From Bugula neritina (Eukaryota; Animalia; Bryozoa): a stretch of 64,000 nt of DNA. The notes under the pieces were generated by a model. That model saw nothing but the letters and a program-made list of their open reading frames with translations. It ran no database searches and was not told where the DNA came from. The translations under genes were made by a program, and so were the position numbers. This document shows, piece after piece, positions 59,598 through 64,000 of the stretch (its first letter is position 1; each line of letters opens with the position of its first letter). The DNA is taken from positions 17,638,633-17,702,632 of the forward strand of contig OZ037769.1 in the NCBI GenBank assembly GCA_964035545.1, read 5' to 3'.

Positions 59598-62500
59598 AAT
59601 TTACAGCTCTAAAACCTGCATGGTAAACCAACAAGTCAAAACATCAAGGCAGACATTCACAATAAAAGTGACTGTAAAACATTAAAATTTAATTAAAGCA
59701 CGAAACAGGTTTTTTTTTAGAGAATACAGTATAGAAAATAAGTATGTTGTATAATGCATAGTAGGAGAGACTTTGACAAAATTACACTGCGCCCAAGCTA
59801 ACACCCAAATGCTAGTCAGTCAAAATTGGAATATTCAACAGATTGGGGTAAAATAATATAATTACGGTATACAGGTAGACATCAACCACCAAGGGTATGT
59901 ATAATCAGGTTAAGATAAACCGCATAAAACTTCCAGGCCATACCAACTTACAGAGAAGTAAAATAATATATCAGTTCAACCCTAGTCAAATTTTATTTGT
60001 AATTCTTAAAAATATAACTTGATGAAAAGTTTGAAACTGTTTACTGGTTAAATTGTGATTAATTTAAAATCCCCCCCCCCCCAAATAATTCTATAAGTAG
60101 TTTAATCAAGGATTCATGTTATACTTAATAAGAATTGTTGGGACTTTACAGAAGTTGGGAAAGTTTTTCCCTAATGCATTATAGCTTTTCATGTATAATT
60201 ATTACAGCTATGCAAGCTATATTACACAATAGCTGACCTTTTTGACTGGTATAACAACCCAGTATTTTCATTTATCTTTACGCTTGCAACTTATGATGTA
60301 AAGGTTTTTACATTGCTACTTTCTTTTAGACTGCTACAATAAATATATTAAAAACAACAGGAATTACCTCCATATAGCTCATCCAGCTGACACATGCCAA
60401 AAATAATCTAGAATGACTTTGTCGAACTTTATACCCAATTGGTTGGTTGTCTAGTAGATGACCATGTGACCATCACAGCAGTTACTGCAAGAAGAAAGCA
60501 GTCTATAATTATGTGGTGTTGCATATCATGAAAAACAATGAAATAAAATACTAAATATAACTTATTTTATAAAACATTATTGAAGAAAGCAACAAAAGTA
60601 AAAATGGAGAACAACAGGGGGGGGGGGGATTCACATTTTTTATTGATGTATAGGTGTACAGAAGAGTGTCACACTTGATTAATTTAAAAAAATGATTTGC
60701 TGAAAGAGCCATAACCAAAAATCAAAAATGAAAGCCTGACTTGTTTTCTTACCACAAGCAAACATAGCACTATGTAAACTTATATTTTTTAATAAGAGGT
60801 TTTCACACATTCAGCAATAAATTGACAGAACAAGAAATATGATTGAAAAGTGCTCATTTAGATGGAATGAGGTTTGGTAGTATTTACAAGGTCCAAAATC
60901 AAATGAATTACTTATTGATGGTTTTCAATGAAGGCAATGATTTTATTAACAGGAAAGTAAAATCTTAAAAATAAAATTCCCAACCATGTGCTGATTTTTT
61001 CTCTCTCCAGTCAAATTTTGTATGGAGCTAGGGTAAGGTTGACAAGAGCTTTTACAATAGGCTGTTTTAACTTTCATTAGAAACACGTATGGCAATTCTT
61101 AAACGAAATAAACAGCTATAACTTTTAAAGCTAAATAAAACGACAGAAAAACAGCCAAGTGTTACGGTAACATTATTCAACTGTGGAGTTCATAGCTAAC
61201 AGGACATATAGTATAAATATTTTATGTACCCCACTCACACAGTTGCATTTTAATCATCACTCTATACAGTTCTATGTGCACAACTTTACAAAGTTATATA
61301 TTCTACACTTTATACAATTATATTGCCACTTTGATCAAAAGCACATGCTTCACTATTTGAGTAGTAACGCTTGTTATGCTCATCTTAAACCAAACTTTGT
61401 TGAAGAAAAGGTAGAAAAAGCTGAATCTAACATCATTTACGAGAGTAGCTATCCCCTAGGAGCTAGAATAAAACTACTAAGGAGCAGATATGGGTCAACT
61501 GAGTTCACCTCATTGCCATGCACTGGTAGTAGCTTTATGAATGCTAAAATCTAATAGCACATAACACAGGGAAAGAGTAAATATTTATACAATAAAAAAT
61601 TAATTTAGACACAAACCTGAACCAATGGAAGGTTTTGATGAATCAAACACAGAGAGAAGACAACTTCTACATGTCGGCTTGTGAGCATCTCATGGATATA
61701 AAACTGGTCTTGGTAGCAAGGTGACTTCTATCTGCATGTGGTTAAACACAACTACAAAACAGACAATAAATATTCTAAACTACCTTAATATATAAAACAT
61801 TTCATTTTAATTAGCTAATAGTGAATGTTTGCAGAGCTGAGATACTAGTCTAATGACTACAAGTGATTAACTTGAACAAATTCACAAGACTTGGAGTTAA
61901 CAAGACTAAAATAATAAATAAACCATAACATTTTTACTACCAGTTCAAACAGAAATAGATATACATGAATTATGGACATCAGTTATCAAGAAGAATACAA
62001 GAAGCACAAGATGATTCTTCCAATACATCGTGTAAAACTAGTAAAATTGAAACCACAGAGAAAATTATTGTAAATAATAAATACCTAATTAAAACCAAAA
62101 TGGGGCTCTCAGAACTGACCACAGTTGGCTAGGTCCTATCTTCCTGGTGTAGACCATATGTTCTCTAATGTGTGAATATCTGAGACATTCTAAAAAAATA
62201 AACACATTTGACAAATTAAAGTTGTTGAATAAATGATGACAGACATGTATGAGACAAATTATAGACTGTGAAATCTAGAGTATGGGAAATTTGTATCATG
62301 ATAAAATCAACTTAGTCTACAGAACCAGGAAAGACACTTCCTTTAATCAGAAACTTTTTCAGTTGAAACAACGTAAACTGAATATTCCACTTTTTAATTT
62401 CAAGGAATGATTATGACTATAATAATATGAGTATGTAACTGAAATAAAGTCAAACAAATTGAATTATTGGGTAGGAGTTAGAACGCATTGCACAGTTATG

Positions 62501-64000
62501 GCTATTTTGAAAAGAAAATTTGATTTCAATTATGAGCCATACAGTACAGAGTAGCAAATCAATGAAATAAAATCATAAGCTTGTACATGTGGTGAGCAAA
62601 GCAACAGCCGCACTATTACAGAAAGGTCATTGTAAAATGTTAGTGTAAATATTTGTGTGAAGTCTAATACTCCTGCAGAGGGCTTGATATAGAATCACAA
62701 AAATTATGTCTAATGATCATATATCACAACAAAATACCGTAATTATTAAAACGGCATTATATTAATAGATTAATTAACCATCCCTTCAGTGTGGATAACA
62801 ATTAATTAAGGCAAGCAGATAAAATCAAGCTGAAGACAGGTCTATTGTAAAATGAAAAATTTATAGAATGAAAATGAAAAAAAAACTTTAAACGCTGAAA
62901 TAAAAAGAAAATATGATGTCAGCAAAAATGGCTTGGCATATTATATGATTAGTGGTACAGCAGCACCAGTATTATGCTTAGACAAGAAATTATCCCAAAG
63001 GATAAATTTTCAATAAACTAAAGAAATGAGCACTGACTCACTGCATCAACTATTAGCTAGAAAACCTTACATGAAACTAAAAGAAGTAACAGCTAGGGTG
63101 CTAAAATGTATAGCTCACTAATTGAAGTATTATACTAAGATTGTTATTCTTAGTATCGATTTTGTAGTTTAGTTCAACAAACCAGAGAAGAACAGGGTCG
63201 AAGTTATTTTGAAATCAAGCCAATTTAAAGCCAAGCTAAATTGAAATTCATTATAGAAGCTTTGCAGCTGCATTTACTCAATTGACTGCAGAATTGCATT
63301 GACAAGAAATGAGGAGCAGTTTATCAATTAAGTACAAAACTTAATGTGAATTCCGAGAATGAATGAATACAGATCAACAGTTTACTAAAGAAAATGTTAG
63401 TAAAAAGCTATTATAAATAAAGTATTGAATAGAGAATTACCTTATTGGTGCCATGACCAAGCAGTTTCAGTTGCTGGACCAGTTTCAGAATCTAATGAAG
63501 GGAAAGCAGAGATGTAGCAATCAGATACTTTTAAAAAAAAGTGTCCTCTTTAAGCAGCATTATCAATAATGTTTAGGGCAAAATAAAGAAGAAATAAGCT
63601 AGATTAACCATAAAGAAAAGAAACACAAATTAATGACACAAAGAGACATAAAGAAATTGAACAGGTGAGCTACAGAAACTGCTTGCTCTAGAAGCTATTC
63701 AGGTGAATAATGAAAATGAGTGTTGCAACGTGGAATTTGACTTTTGAAATTTTTATGGAGCTTCATCATCCTTCTACCCATTCACCATTAAATCACTAAT
63801 TTCTCTTATCGAATGCAACTAGATATTAGCATGAGGTTAGGGACCTACAGCAAAAGGACAGGGCTGTGCATGCCCTTGCTTACTCCCAACTCTGACTACT
63901 GGTTGCAGGTAAACATTCAACTACTTGTTTAAAATGTGTTGGGGCAGGTCATGGTCATGAATTACTAGACAATCTGTATAGCATTAAGTTGACTATAATA
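59598..64000 (-). repeat. Copy C of duplicated unit (direct repeat of B1/B2; promoter core deleted; lacks PSMB7 exons)
   Basis: Collinear with 53420-57060 and 58000-58960, including a shared ~600-bp block absent from copy A. Confidence 0.9.

Overview
AT-rich animal (invertebrate, probably lophotrochozoan; inference from style only) genomic DNA. It has spliced genes and a different tandem array in almost every intron. Most long ORFs in the supplied track are translations of those repeats. Contents from left to right: (1) the 3' end of a KIF13/khc-73-like gene with a C-terminal CAP-Gly domain (+, 235-8051). (2) A convergent 7-exon type-B carboxylesterase with signal peptide, full catalytic triad, C-terminal TM and KKxx tail, carrying one 1-bp frameshift (-, 8941-11932). 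(3) A divergent 4-exon gene for a ~95-aa single-pass membrane microprotein that the ORF track does not assemble (+, 12512-42482). (4) Inside that gene's 27-kb intron, a 20,364-bp DNA-transposon-like insertion (15480-35843). It splits a 26-bp minisatellite, has an 8-bp TSD and CAG...CTG ends, and carries mirror-image 21-bp site arrays at identical offsets from both ends. Its cargo includes a decayed R4/Dong-type non-LTR retrotransposon, a MITE-like hairpin, hexamer-phased DNA and degenerate exons. (5) A 5-kb 49/51-bp satellite. (6) A 2,565-bp CACAG-ended element with a 2-bp TSD and an internal tRNA-like segment. (7) Four partial copies (one +, three -) of a chimeric spliced unit: a shared promoter and non-coding exons, fused in two copies to decayed PSMB7 (proteasome beta-2) exons. 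No prokaryotic features and no CRISPR array. All analysis was done by eye, with no database searches.
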